This document shows positions 1 through 10,104 of a stretch of 64,000 nucleotides of DNA, one piece after another (position 1 is the first letter of the stretch; each line of letters begins with the position of its first letter). The notes under the pieces were generated by a model. It made no database searches and had not been told where the DNA came from. It was given only the letters and a program-made list of their open reading frames with translations. The stretch spans positions 89,783 through 153,782 of the forward strand of contig DAHUZI010000111.1 in NCBI GenBank assembly GCA_027306595.1. Reading direction: 5' to 3'. Both the position numbers and the translations under genes were made by a program. This DNA is from Candidatus Dormiibacterota bacterium (lineage in GTDB: Bacteria > Chloroflexota > Dormibacteria > Aeolococcales > Bog-877).

Positions 1-1490
1 CCGAAGACGGTGTGCCCCTCCACCGCCTTCCCCAGCGCCGCCGGCTCGTGGGGCAGGGTGCCGGCGTCCACGGGCCGGGCGTCCGCCAGCCCGACCCTCG
101 CCGCCACTGCGCCGACCGCGGCGGGGTGGTCGCCCGACAGCACCTTCAGCGTCACCCCCTCGGCCCGCAGGAACGCCACCACCTGGGCGGCATCCCCGCG
201 CAGCCGCTCGTCCAGCTGGATGAGCGCGACCGGGCGCAGCCCGGGCGGCGGCTGGGCGGGATCGAGGGGTCCGTCACCGGCGGCGAGCAGGACCGCCCGC
301 CCGGCGGGGATGGCGGCGGCGGCGGCCGCGGCGGCCGCGGGCGCGGCGCGCCGGAGCAGGACGTCAGGCGCCCCGAGCACCCAGGCCCCGTGCCCGCAGA
401 GCTCGGCGCCGCTCCAACGCCGCGCGGACGAGAAGGGGATGACGCTGGACGCTCGCCAGGTTTCCCCGTCGGGGGGGAACGCGAGCGCCAGCGCGCGCAG
501 CGTCGGATTGGGGCTGGGGTCCGCTCCGGCCATCGCGCTCGCGGCGCGGGGGCTCCAGGCCGCCGGGTCCAGGACGGTGACCTGGCGAACCGCAAGCTCC
601 GGCTCGGTGAGCGTGCCGGTCTTGTCGAAGCAGAGGACGTCGACCCGCGCCAGCCCGTCCAAGGCCGGGAGCTGCTCCAGCAGGACTCCGCGGGTGGCCA
701 GCCGCACCGCCCCGATCGCAAAGGCCAAGCTGGTGAGGAGGACCAGCCCCTGCGGCACCATGCCTGTGGTCCCCGCCACCGCGCCCCGGATGGCGGCGGC
801 AACCCCGATGTGCCGGGCGAGCTGGCTGGCAAGCAGGAGGGCGGCGGCGGGCGGCATCGTCCAGCCCACCAGGGTGAGGAATCGGTTGATGTCCCGCTGA
901 AGGCGGGAGCGGACCGGCTGGTAGCGGCGGGCCTCGACGGTCAGCTGGCCGGCGAAGCAGTCCGCACCCACCGCGGTGGCGCGCAGGCGACCGCCTCCCG
1001 CGGTGACGAAGCTGCCCGCAAGGAGCGTCTCCCCAACCCCGCAGGCCCGCGGGTCCGCCTCGCCAGTGACGAGCGACTCGTCCACCTCGAGCCCATTGGC
1101 AGCCTCCAGCCGTCCGTCGGCGACCACCTGATCGCCGGCCGCCAGCCAGAGGACGTCGCCGGTCGCCACCTCGGACACCGCCACCGTCGCCAGGGTCCCG
1201 CCCCGCAGGACGCGCGCGCTCGGGGCATGGAGGAGCGCCAGCCGCCGCAGGGTGCGCCGGGCGCGAAGCTCCTGGAGCGTGCCGATCGCGGTGTTGCTGA
1301 CGATCACGAATCCGAACAGCGCGTCCTGGAGCGGGCCGATCACGAGGATGAGGACGAGCAGCGCCCCGAGGATGAGGTTGAAGCGCGTCACGATGTTGGC
1401 GCGCAGGATCTGTGCGGTCGACGGCTCGGCGGTGGGCAGGGGCGGGTCCGAGCGACCGCCGCCGATGGGGGACGGGGAACCCGGCGTCAT
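1..1490 (-). CDS. Cation-transporting P-type ATPase, N-terminal ~496 codons (3' end runs off window start)
   Basis: Not in the ORF track because it has no stop in the window. Manual minus-strand translation from ATG at 1490 (MTPGSPSPIGG...) stays open to position 1. It shows TM-rich segments, an actuator-like LVTGEADP, and the phosphorylation signature DVLCFDKTGTLT (DKTGTLT encoded at 606-626). Confidence 0.85.
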   Translation of the reverse strand, partial: MTPGSPSPIGGGRSDPPLPTAEPSTAQILRANIVTRFNLILGALLVLILVIGPLQDALFGFVIVSNTAIGTLQELRARRTLRRLALLHAPSARVLRGGTLATVAVSEVATGDVLWLAAGDQVVADGRLEAANGLEVDESLVTGEADPRACGVGETLLAGSFVTAGGGRLRATAVGADCFAGQLTVEARRYQPVRSRLQRDINRFLTLVGWTMPPAAALLLASQLARHIGVAAAIRGAVAGTTGMVPQGLVLLTSLAFAIGAVRLATRGVLLEQLPALDGLARVDVLCFDKTGTLTEPELAVRQVTVLDPAAWSPRAASAMAGADPSPNPTLRALALAFPPDGETWRASSVIPFSSARRWSGAELCGHGAWVLGAPDVLLRRAAPAAAAAAAAAIPAGRAVLLAAGDGPLDPAQPPPGLRPVALIQLDERLRGDAAQVVAFLRAEGVTLKVLSGDHPAAVGAVAARVGLADARPVDAGTLPHEPAALGKAVEGHTVF

Positions 1491-1757
1491 TTGCCGATTG
1501 TCACCCGCGGTCCTCGACCCCATGGCGCCCGGCCAGCGCCCCGGCACGGGCGCGCCGTCTGCGGCCAGAATTGGCTGCGCGCCCGTGCGTGGAATCCCCG
1601 GTTTGGCCGAAGCCGCCCGCGGCATAGACTCAAGTGGGCGCGACGGCGACTTCGCACCGGCGGCAGGGTCGCCGGTGGGCCAGCGAGCCGCCGCCGCGCC
1701 GCCTCGTTTGGGTGTGCGGCGGCGTCCGGCGGGGACCCCTGCGGGAGGGCGTGCGCG

Positions 1758-2795
<1,038 letters not shown>

Positions 2796-2851
2796 GCGCG
2801 CGCCGGCGCCGACGGGCGGCATGGGCGGAGCCGGGCCCTCCCCGGCGCCGC

Positions 2852-4111
2852 TCAGGCGAACCGGCCGAGCATGAACGGCAGCAGCACCTCCGGCCGTCGC
2901 CCCGAGACGACGAACTCCGCCATCGCCTCCCCGCTGGCGGGACCGAGGATCATCCCCTCCATCGCGTGCCCCGTCGCCACGTACAGCCCGGGCGCCGCTT
3001 CGACCGCGTCGAGGACCGGCAGACCGTCCGACGTGACGGGCCGCATCCCGGCCCAGGCGTTCGCGGTCAGCGCCCGCCCGGCGTCGAAGTCCGACGGCCA
3101 GTCGGCGAGATAGCGCCGCCCCCCCGCCACCATGGCCGCGATCCGGGTCTGCACCGGCCCCGGGCGCACCCGTCCGAGCTCCATCGTCCCGGCCACCCGC
3201 ACCCCGCTGCTCATCGGGGTCACCGCAACCCGCACCGCGGCCAGATCGAGGGGACGGCGGGGCGCGGACCGCAGTGGAACCGTGAAGCTGTAGCCCTTGC
3301 CGGCGATCTGGGGCAGGCGGATCCCGAGCCGCCGGAGCCAGGATCCGGTGTCGATCCCCGCGGCCACCACCAGCCGGTCGCAGTCGATGGTGCCGCGCTC
3401 GGTCGCGACCGCGACCACCCGCCCGCCCCGCCGGACCGCATGGGTGGCTCGAGTCCGCTCCAGCAGCTGGCCGCCCCCGGCGACGAGTCCGTCTGCGAGC
3501 GCCCGGGTCACGGTGTCGGGCCGCACCGAGCGCTCCGTCTCCACGAGGTAGGCGGCGGCGACCTGCGAACTCAGCGCCGGTTCGAGCTCCTCCACGTCGC
3601 GGCCCGTGAGCAGCCGATCCGGGATCCGGGCGTCGTCGGGGGCCACCGCTCGGTCGTGGGCGAGGGCGCGGCGGGCCGCGCCCTCGTCGAGGTGGGCATG
3701 GAGGAGCCCGGTCCGGTGCATCTCGAAGGACAGCCCGTCCGCCTCCAGCCGGTCGTAGAGCGCGAGCGTCCGCCGGCCCAGTCCCCGCAGGGCGACCGTC
3801 CCCAAGAGCTGGTCGCGCCGATTGCACCGGCGCCAGAACGCCAGAAGCCAGCGCAGGTAGGCGGGGTCCGGGGTCGGGTGGAGATGGAGCGGAGCGCTCG
3901 GATCGCCAAGGGAGCGCAGCGCGATCCGGGCCAGCCCGGGCCCCGGGAGCGGCGACGAGTCCCCCGGGCAGATCCACCCGGCGTTGCCATAGGAGCAGCC
4001 GCCACCGGCCGAGCCCCGCTCGACGACGGTGACGTCGGCGCCCTGGGCGCGGGCGAAGTAGGCGGTGGCGAGGCCGATGATGCCGGCACCGACGACCGCG
4101 ACCCGGGTCAT
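2852..4111 (-). CDS. FAD-dependent oxidoreductase, DAO/DadA (D-amino-acid dehydrogenase-like) family
   Basis: ORF 2852..4210. Internal ATG at 4111 gives MTRVAVVGAGIIGLATAY (GxGxxG dinucleotide fold). Begins 4 nt downstream of the upstream amidohydrolase stop. Confidence 0.85.
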   Translation of the reverse strand: MTRVAVVGAGIIGLATAYFARAQGADVTVVERGSAGGGCSYGNAGWICPGDSSPLPGPGLARIALRSLGDPSAPLHLHPTPDPAYLRWLLAFWRRCNRRDQLLGTVALRGLGRRTLALYDRLEADGLSFEMHRTGLLHAHLDEGAARRALAHDRAVAPDDARIPDRLLTGRDVEELEPALSSQVAAAYLVETERSVRPDTVTRALADGLVAGGGQLLERTRATHAVRRGGRVVAVATERGTIDCDRLVVAAGIDTGSWLRRLGIRLPQIAGKGYSFTVPLRSAPRRPLDLAAVRVAVTPMSSGVRVAGTMELGRVRPGPVQTRIAAMVAGGRRYLADWPSDFDAGRALTANAWAGMRPVTSDGLPVLDAVEAAPGLYVATGHAMEGMILGPASGEAMAEFVVSGRRPEVLLPFMLGRFA

Positions 4112-4115
4112 CGCC

Positions 4116-5816
4116 TCATCGCCAGGCGGCGTCCTCGACGTGCACCGGGCGCCCCTCCACCAGGGTGAGCACGACGCGGGCCTCGGCGATCTCCGCCGCC
4201 GGCCCCTCAAAGAGGTTGCGATCGAGGACCACGAGGTCGGCCGCTTTGCCGACCGACAGGGATCCGGTCTCCGGCTCGAGGTGGTTCACCCGCGCCGACC
4301 CCATGGTGAAGGCGTGCAGGCCCGCCGCGAGCTCGAGCCGTTCGGCGGGGAGGAAGACGCTCGGCGCCCCCGCCGAGAGCTGGTGGGTGCCGTCGGCGGG
4401 GGGCGGGGTACGGTTCACCGCCACATGGAGCTCCCAGAGGGGATCGCAGCTCGACACCGGCCAGTCGCTGCCGAACGCCAGCTCGGCGCCCCGGTCGCGC
4501 AGGCTGCGGAAAGGGTACTGCCAGGTCGACCGCTCCGGGCCGAGGAAGGGGATGGTGAGGTCGGTCATCTGGGACTCGTTCACGGCCCACAGCGGCTGGG
4601 CGTTCGCGACCGCCCCGAGCCGGCGGAAGCGGTCGAGGTCGTCGGGGTGGATCACTTGGATGTGGGCGATGTGCGGGCGGAGGTCGTTCATGCCGTTGGC
4701 TCGGCGGGCGGCGGCGATGGCGTCGAGCGCCTCGCGCACCGCACGTTCGCCGATGGCGTGGAAGTGGACCTGGAACCCGGCGGCATCGAGAGCCGGCACC
4801 ACCCGGCCGAGCTCCTCGGGGTCGATGAAGGAGAGGCCCCGCCGCTCGGTGGCGCAGCCGTGGCCGTCCTGGTACGGCTCGAGCACCCCGGCGGTGAAGT
4901 TCTCGAGCACGCCATCTTGCATAATCTTGACGCTCGTGGGCTGGAACCGGCCGCCGCGGGTCCGCTCCCGTGCCGCCACCAGCCCGTCGAGCTGCTCCAG
5001 CCCGCGGTGGCGGTTCCACCAGAGCGCCCCCACCACCCGCATCGTGAGCCGGCCCTGCCGGTTGAGCCGGTCGTAGGCATCGAGGTTGCCGTAGCGGCCG
5101 CCGTCGATATCCACGTTGGCGTCCTGCCAGGCGGTGATCCCGAGCCGATGGAGGTGGTCCTGGGCCTCCAGCAGACCGGCCTCCCGGTCGGCGTCGGTCA
5201 CCGCCGGGAGGAGGCGCTCCACCAGGTCGCGGGCACCCTCCTGGAGGGTCCCGACCGGCTCTCCCAGTTCGTCCCGCTCGATCCGGCCGTCGGCGGGATC
5301 GGGGGTGTCGCGGTCGATCCCGGCCAGGCGCAGCGCCCGGGTGTTGACCCAGGCGCCGTGGCCGTCGCGGTTGCGCAGGAACACCGGTCGGTCGGGCACC
5401 ACCTGATCGAGGTCGGCGGCGGCGGCGATCCCGCCCGGGAAGGCCGGCATCGCCCAGCCCCGGCCGACGATCCAGGGCAGCTCGGGGTGGGCATCGGCGT
5501 AGGCGCGCACCGCGTCGAGGTACGCGGGGCGGGTCGAAAGGCCGGTGAGGTCGCAGCGCCGACGGTCCATCCCGCCCCCGACCGGGTGGGCGTGGGCGTC
5601 CTGGAATCCCGGCAGGACCATCCGCCCGGCCAGCCGGAGCACCTCGGTGCGGGGACCGCCCAGCGCCACAACCTCCCGCTCCGTCCCCACCGCGATGATC
5701 CGACCGCCCCGTATGGCAAGGGCTTCGGCCCACGGGCGGGCGGGATCGCAGGTGTAGACGGCGCCGCCCGTCAGGATCGTGTCGGCGGGCGCCGCCGTCG
5801 GGTCAGGTGAGGGCAC
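4116..5816 (-). CDS. Metal-dependent amidohydrolase (Amidohydro_3 / YtcJ-like), copy 2
   Basis: ORF 4116..6080. Shows GGAVYTCDP...IRGGRIIAVG and the HxH metal motif FQDAHAHP. Clear paralog of the upstream gene. GTG 5816 is the only plausible start and overlaps the upstream stop by 14 nt. Confidence 0.85.
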   Translation of the reverse strand: MPSPDPTAAPADTILTGGAVYTCDPARPWAEALAIRGGRIIAVGTEREVVALGGPRTEVLRLAGRMVLPGFQDAHAHPVGGGMDRRRCDLTGLSTRPAYLDAVRAYADAHPELPWIVGRGWAMPAFPGGIAAAADLDQVVPDRPVFLRNRDGHGAWVNTRALRLAGIDRDTPDPADGRIERDELGEPVGTLQEGARDLVERLLPAVTDADREAGLLEAQDHLHRLGITAWQDANVDIDGGRYGNLDAYDRLNRQGRLTMRVVGALWWNRHRGLEQLDGLVAARERTRGGRFQPTSVKIMQDGVLENFTAGVLEPYQDGHGCATERRGLSFIDPEELGRVVPALDAAGFQVHFHAIGERAVREALDAIAAARRANGMNDLRPHIAHIQVIHPDDLDRFRRLGAVANAQPLWAVNESQMTDLTIPFLGPERSTWQYPFRSLRDRGAELAFGSDWPVSSCDPLWELHVAVNRTPPPADGTHQLSAGAPSVFLPAERLELAAGLHAFTMGSARVNHLEPETGSLSVGKAADLVVLDRNLFEGPAAEIAEARVVLTLVEGRPVHVEDAAWR

Positions 5817-7494
5817 GATCGTCGTGGTACACAAGGCGGCCGCCGACCTCGGTGCGGATGACCCGCGCGCTCGAGATCGCCGAGGCCGGCTCCTCGAGGA
5901 GGTTGCGGTCGAGGACGATGAGGTCGGCGTGCTTGCCGCAGGTGATCGATCCGGTGACGTCGTCCAGGTGATTGACGTAGGCCGAGCCCATGGTGAAGGC
6001 GTGCAGGCTCGTGGGCAGATCGAGCCGCTCGGATGGCAGGAACACCTCGCCGCTCCCCGAGGCCGCCTGATGGCCGACATCGGCCGGCGCCGGCAGCCGG
6101 TTGACCGCGACGTGCATCTCCCAGAGTGGGTTGGGGCTGGAGACCGACCAATCGCTGCCGAACGCGAGCCGCGCGCCCAGGCGCCGGAGGGTCGCGAACG
6201 GGTACTGCCAGCCGGATCGCTCGGGGCCGAGGAAGGGGATCGTCAGCTCGGTCATCTGCGGTTCGTTGACCGCCCACAGCGGCTGGGCATTGGCGACGAC
6301 CCCGAGCGCCCCGAAGCGGCTCAGGTCGTCGGGATGGACCACCTGGATGTGAGCGATGTGGTGACGGTGATCGTTCATGCCGTTGGCCTGGCGGGCGGCG
6401 GCGATGGCGTCGAGGGCCTCCCGCACCGCGCGCTCGCCGATGGCGTGGAAGTGAACCTGGAAGCCGGCCCGGTCGATGGCGGGCACGGCCCGGTTCAGCA
6501 GCGCCGGCGGGATGAAGCTGAGGCCGCGCCGATCGGTCGGGCACCCGTGCCCGTCGAGGTAGGGGTCGAGCACGGCGGCGGTGAAGTCCTCACAGACGCC
6601 GTCCTGCATGATCTTCACCGTGGTGGGGCGAAAGCGCCCGTCCACGGTCTGGTCGCGAGCCGCCACCAGCTCGTCGAGCTGCTCCAGCCCGCGATGGCGG
6701 TCCCACCACAGCGCCCCCACCACCCGGGCCGTGAGCTCGCCGCTGGCGTCCAGCTCGCGGTAGAGGTCGAAGACGGGCGCCAGGCCGCGCCCCCCCAGCT
6801 CCACGATCGCGTCCTGCCACCCGGTGATCCCCAGGCTGTGCAGGTACGCCTGGCCGAGCAGGAGCCCTCGGCGGTACTCGTCGGCGGTCGGTTCGGGCGC
6901 AAGCCGGCTGACCAGGTCCATCGCGCCCTCGTGGAGGGCCCCGGTGGGTCGGCCGTCGCCGTCCCGCTCGATCCGGCCGTCGACCGGGTCCGGGGTCGCG
7001 GCGTCGATCCCCGCCAGCTCGATCGCCCGGCTGTTGACCCAGGCGCCGTGCCCGTCGCGGTTGGTGAGGAACACGGGACGGTCTCCCACCACCCGGTCGA
7101 GCGCGGCCGCGGTTGGCACCCCGCCGGGGAAGACGCCCATCGACCAGCCGCCGCCCACGATCCAGTCCCGCTCGGGGTGCTGGTCCGCGTAGGCGCGGAC
7201 CGCGGCCAGATACTCGGCTGGGTCGTGCAGGTCGCCGAGGTCGCAGCGCAGTCGCTGGAGGCCGCCGAAGGCGGGATGGACGTGACTGTCCTGGAAGCCG
7301 GGCAGGAGGGTGCGCCCTCTCAGCTCGATCACCTCGGTGCGGGGGCCGATCCAGCCCCTCAGCTCGGCATCGGTGCCGACGGCGGCGATGCGTCCGGCGG
7401 CGACCGCCACCGCCTCGGCCGCCGGGCGGGCGGGGTCGACCGTGTAGACCGCGCCGCCGAGGAACACCCGATCGGCGGGAGCTGAGCCGCTCAT
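5803..7494 (-). CDS. Metal-dependent amidohydrolase (Amidohydro_3 / YtcJ-like), copy 1
   Basis: ORF 5803..7839. ATG 7494 gives MSGSAPADRVFLGGAVYTVDP. HxH motif FQDSHVHP. ATGA overlap with the SBP stop (7491-7494). Confidence 0.85.
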   Translation of the reverse strand: MSGSAPADRVFLGGAVYTVDPARPAAEAVAVAAGRIAAVGTDAELRGWIGPRTEVIELRGRTLLPGFQDSHVHPAFGGLQRLRCDLGDLHDPAEYLAAVRAYADQHPERDWIVGGGWSMGVFPGGVPTAAALDRVVGDRPVFLTNRDGHGAWVNSRAIELAGIDAATPDPVDGRIERDGDGRPTGALHEGAMDLVSRLAPEPTADEYRRGLLLGQAYLHSLGITGWQDAIVELGGRGLAPVFDLYRELDASGELTARVVGALWWDRHRGLEQLDELVAARDQTVDGRFRPTTVKIMQDGVCEDFTAAVLDPYLDGHGCPTDRRGLSFIPPALLNRAVPAIDRAGFQVHFHAIGERAVREALDAIAAARQANGMNDHRHHIAHIQVVHPDDLSRFGALGVVANAQPLWAVNEPQMTELTIPFLGPERSGWQYPFATLRRLGARLAFGSDWSVSSPNPLWEMHVAVNRLPAPADVGHQAASGSGEVFLPSERLDLPTSLHAFTMGSAYVNHLDDVTGSITCGKHADLIVLDRNLLEEPASAISSARVIRTEVGGRLVYHDDRALT

Positions 7495-9296
7495 CCCCGC
7501 CCCGACCAGTTCTCCGGGTAGGCGGACGCGTAGATGTCCTGTGGGCTCCAACCGTGGAGATGATCGCTGATCACGGAGATCTGGTAATTGGCCAGCGGCC
7601 ACCAGAGGCCCGGCACCTGGAGGGCGACCGCGTTCTCGTAGCGGTAGAGGGATCGGATGCTGGAGTCGGTGTGGGTGGCCTCGATCAGCTTCTGGATCTC
7701 TGGATCGCAGTAGCCGCCGCCCCAGTAGCTGCCACACCCGAAGATCTGCCCTCCGGTCGGGTAGGCGTCGCCCCCGCCGAAGTTCCACAGGGATCCACCG
7801 AAAGTGAGGAGCTCCCAGTTGCAGGAGGATGAGGGGCACTGGCCGCCGAGCGCGTAGACCCCTGCGATCGTGTGCCCGAGGAGGCTGACCGTCACCCCGA
7901 TCCGCGACGCCGCCGACTTGAACGCCTCGACCTCCTGGTCCGTGTACTGGTAGGCGTTCCAGTAGACGAATCGGAGCACGAGCGGGGTGTCAGCGCGGAT
8001 GCCGGCGCCACAGTCGGTCGGGCCGGTCCCCGGGCGGATGCAGGTGTCGGTTCCATTGGGGCGGATCGACCAGCCGTGGTCGGCCAGCAGAGCGCGGGCG
8101 GCCTTGAGGCTGTAGGGGAAGTGATCCTGGCGCTCGAAGGCGGTGGCGTAGACGGAGTGGTTCACGGTGGGCACCGGCCCGTAGGTGGGGATCCCATAGC
8201 CGTGCAGGGCAACTTTGATGTAGGTGGACTGATCGACCAGATGCTGGAGCGCCTGGCGCACGTAGAGCTGCTTCATGATCGGACCGGTCTTGGGGTTGGT
8301 GTAGTCGATCTCCACGTAGTTGAGGGTGTACCAGTTCCACGACACGACCTTGTAGCCGTGGTGGCGGAAATAGCTCGCCTGGGAGACGTCGGCGTAGGGG
8401 AGGTACCCGTAGGTGAGCTCGCCGGCGCGAAGGGCGTCGAACTCGGATGCGTCGCTCGCGAAGACCATCCACCGGACCTTTGCGAGGTGGGAACGGTCGG
8501 GTCCGGAATAGGCCGGGTTCGGCACCAGGACCGCGTCGCTGGTCGGCGCCGAGTAGCTCTGGATGCGATAGGGGCCGTCGACGACCCGCCAGAGCGGGTT
8601 GCTGGCGTAGGTGGAGAGGTTGCCGGACTGTTTATCGAGGAAGCTGAACACTGCCTGCGCCCCCTTGGGGGTGCGATCGAAGTTCCCGATCGGCCCCGTG
8701 GCCGAGGTACGATCCCAGGCCTGCTGCGGCAGGGGAATGATGTCGGTGAGCTGATTGTCCATCAGCCAGGTGCGGCTGTAGGCCTGCTTGAAGGTGACGC
8801 TGAAGGTGCTGGCGGACGGATAGGTGACGCGGACCAAGTCGTCGGGCAGCCATCCCGGGTGGTAGGCACCGAGCTTGGTCTTGTTGGCGGCTTCAAGATT
8901 GAACCAGAACTCAACGTCTCGGGTCGTGATCGGCTGGCCATCCGACCATCGCCAGGGCTTGAGGGTAATGGTGGCGGTGCGGCCGCCGTTCGACCAGCGC
9001 GGCATGTCGGCCAGGCTGAGCGCCGGGTTCAGGGCGTTGGTGCCATTCACCCCCATCCAGTAGAGGGGCCGGTACATGAGCAGGGTGAACTGCGTCACCT
9101 GGATTCCGTAGGTGGTGGGCGTCCACATCGGGAAGATCCAGTTGGGCGGGGCCGGCACGGCGAAGGAGGCGACTCCGCTCGGGGCGACGCGGGCCGAGGT
9201 CCGAGCAGCGGCCGAGCCGGCTCCAAGGCTCGCCAGCGCCAGGGCAGCGAGCAGGGTGCTCGCCGCGGCGCCAATACTGACGCGGCGCCTCAGCAT
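7491..9296 (-). CDS. ABC-transporter substrate-binding protein, family 5 (peptide/nickel/opine type), secreted
   Basis: ORF 7491..9383. ATG 9296 gives MLRRRVSIGAAASTLLAALALASLGAGSAAA (signal peptide, no lipobox Cys). Family-5-like core (YRPLYW...GGRTATITLKPWRWSDGQPIT, VPNPAYSGPDR). Paralog of 28827..30644. Confidence 0.85.
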   Translation of the reverse strand: MLRRRVSIGAAASTLLAALALASLGAGSAAARTSARVAPSGVASFAVPAPPNWIFPMWTPTTYGIQVTQFTLLMYRPLYWMGVNGTNALNPALSLADMPRWSNGGRTATITLKPWRWSDGQPITTRDVEFWFNLEAANKTKLGAYHPGWLPDDLVRVTYPSASTFSVTFKQAYSRTWLMDNQLTDIIPLPQQAWDRTSATGPIGNFDRTPKGAQAVFSFLDKQSGNLSTYASNPLWRVVDGPYRIQSYSAPTSDAVLVPNPAYSGPDRSHLAKVRWMVFASDASEFDALRAGELTYGYLPYADVSQASYFRHHGYKVVSWNWYTLNYVEIDYTNPKTGPIMKQLYVRQALQHLVDQSTYIKVALHGYGIPTYGPVPTVNHSVYATAFERQDHFPYSLKAARALLADHGWSIRPNGTDTCIRPGTGPTDCGAGIRADTPLVLRFVYWNAYQYTDQEVEAFKSAASRIGVTVSLLGHTIAGVYALGGQCPSSSCNWELLTFGGSLWNFGGGDAYPTGGQIFGCGSYWGGGYCDPEIQKLIEATHTDSSIRSLYRYENAVALQVPGLWWPLANYQISVISDHLHGWSPQDIYASAYPENWSGRG

Positions 9297-10104
9297 CACG
9301 GCCCGTCCCCTCTTCCCCGCCCGGGCTCCGGCTCGCAGGGGCACCGGCGCCCCGGCGGCCCGCGGCCACGGCCCGAGCCTCACCGCAGGCTAGAACGGCC
9401 GGATCGGTGTGTCAAGTCGGGGCCACGCCGCACGTGGGGTCGCCAGCCTCACGAATCCGCCCCAGCGCGGCGCCGCTCCCGACGGGGTGGCGGCGGATCC
9501 CGGCAGAGCGGGCGGCCGCGGCCGCTCGGACTCCCCGCCCCCGGATGGGCCGAAATCGGCCACGCGACTGGACAGGACTAGGTCCAAGCCACCAGAGTCA
9601 CCGGCCCCCAGGGTTCGGGCGGGCGCCTGTGCCGGAGCCGGTCGCCGAGGGTCGAGCCCGCCGCCACGGCCGAGGCGGCCAGCCTCCGAGCGCGCTCGGG
9701 CTGCCGGTCGAACCGAGCCTTGGGGCCGGCCCCGACCTCTGATGAGGCCCGCCTACCCAGATGATCGCCGATGGTGCCCCACCCACGGATCGGGGCGCGG
9801 CCTTGCTCGGCCGCTCGGGGCTTCGCCCCGCCACCTCCGCGCCGGGTGGCGCGCCACCTTCCCGTGCTCCCGCCCGGCCGCGCTCGTCCCGGCGCGCGCG
9901 GTTGGACCGCCGGCGGCGATGGCGAGCGAGCCCGCCATGGACCAGGTCGCGCGGGCCGACGTGGGCGAAGGCGGGGGCCGGCTGACCCGCCCGTCGCGGA
10001 TCCGCCACGGGCGCGACCCGATCGGGCCGCGGGCGCGGGACGCGATGCCGACCCGGGATGGACCGCTCGCGACGCCGGCTTCGGCTTCGCGGCTGGGTCC
10101 GCCG

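Noticed and set aside
12-1757. N-terminal 580 codons of the 927-aa ORF 12..2795(+), and overlapping ORFs 10..900(+) and 152..832(-)
   Set aside because: They are Arg/Gly/Pro-rich with no motifs, and they lie antisense to a clean P-type ATPase frame containing DKTGTLT. Only the HtrA-like tail from 1758 is credible.
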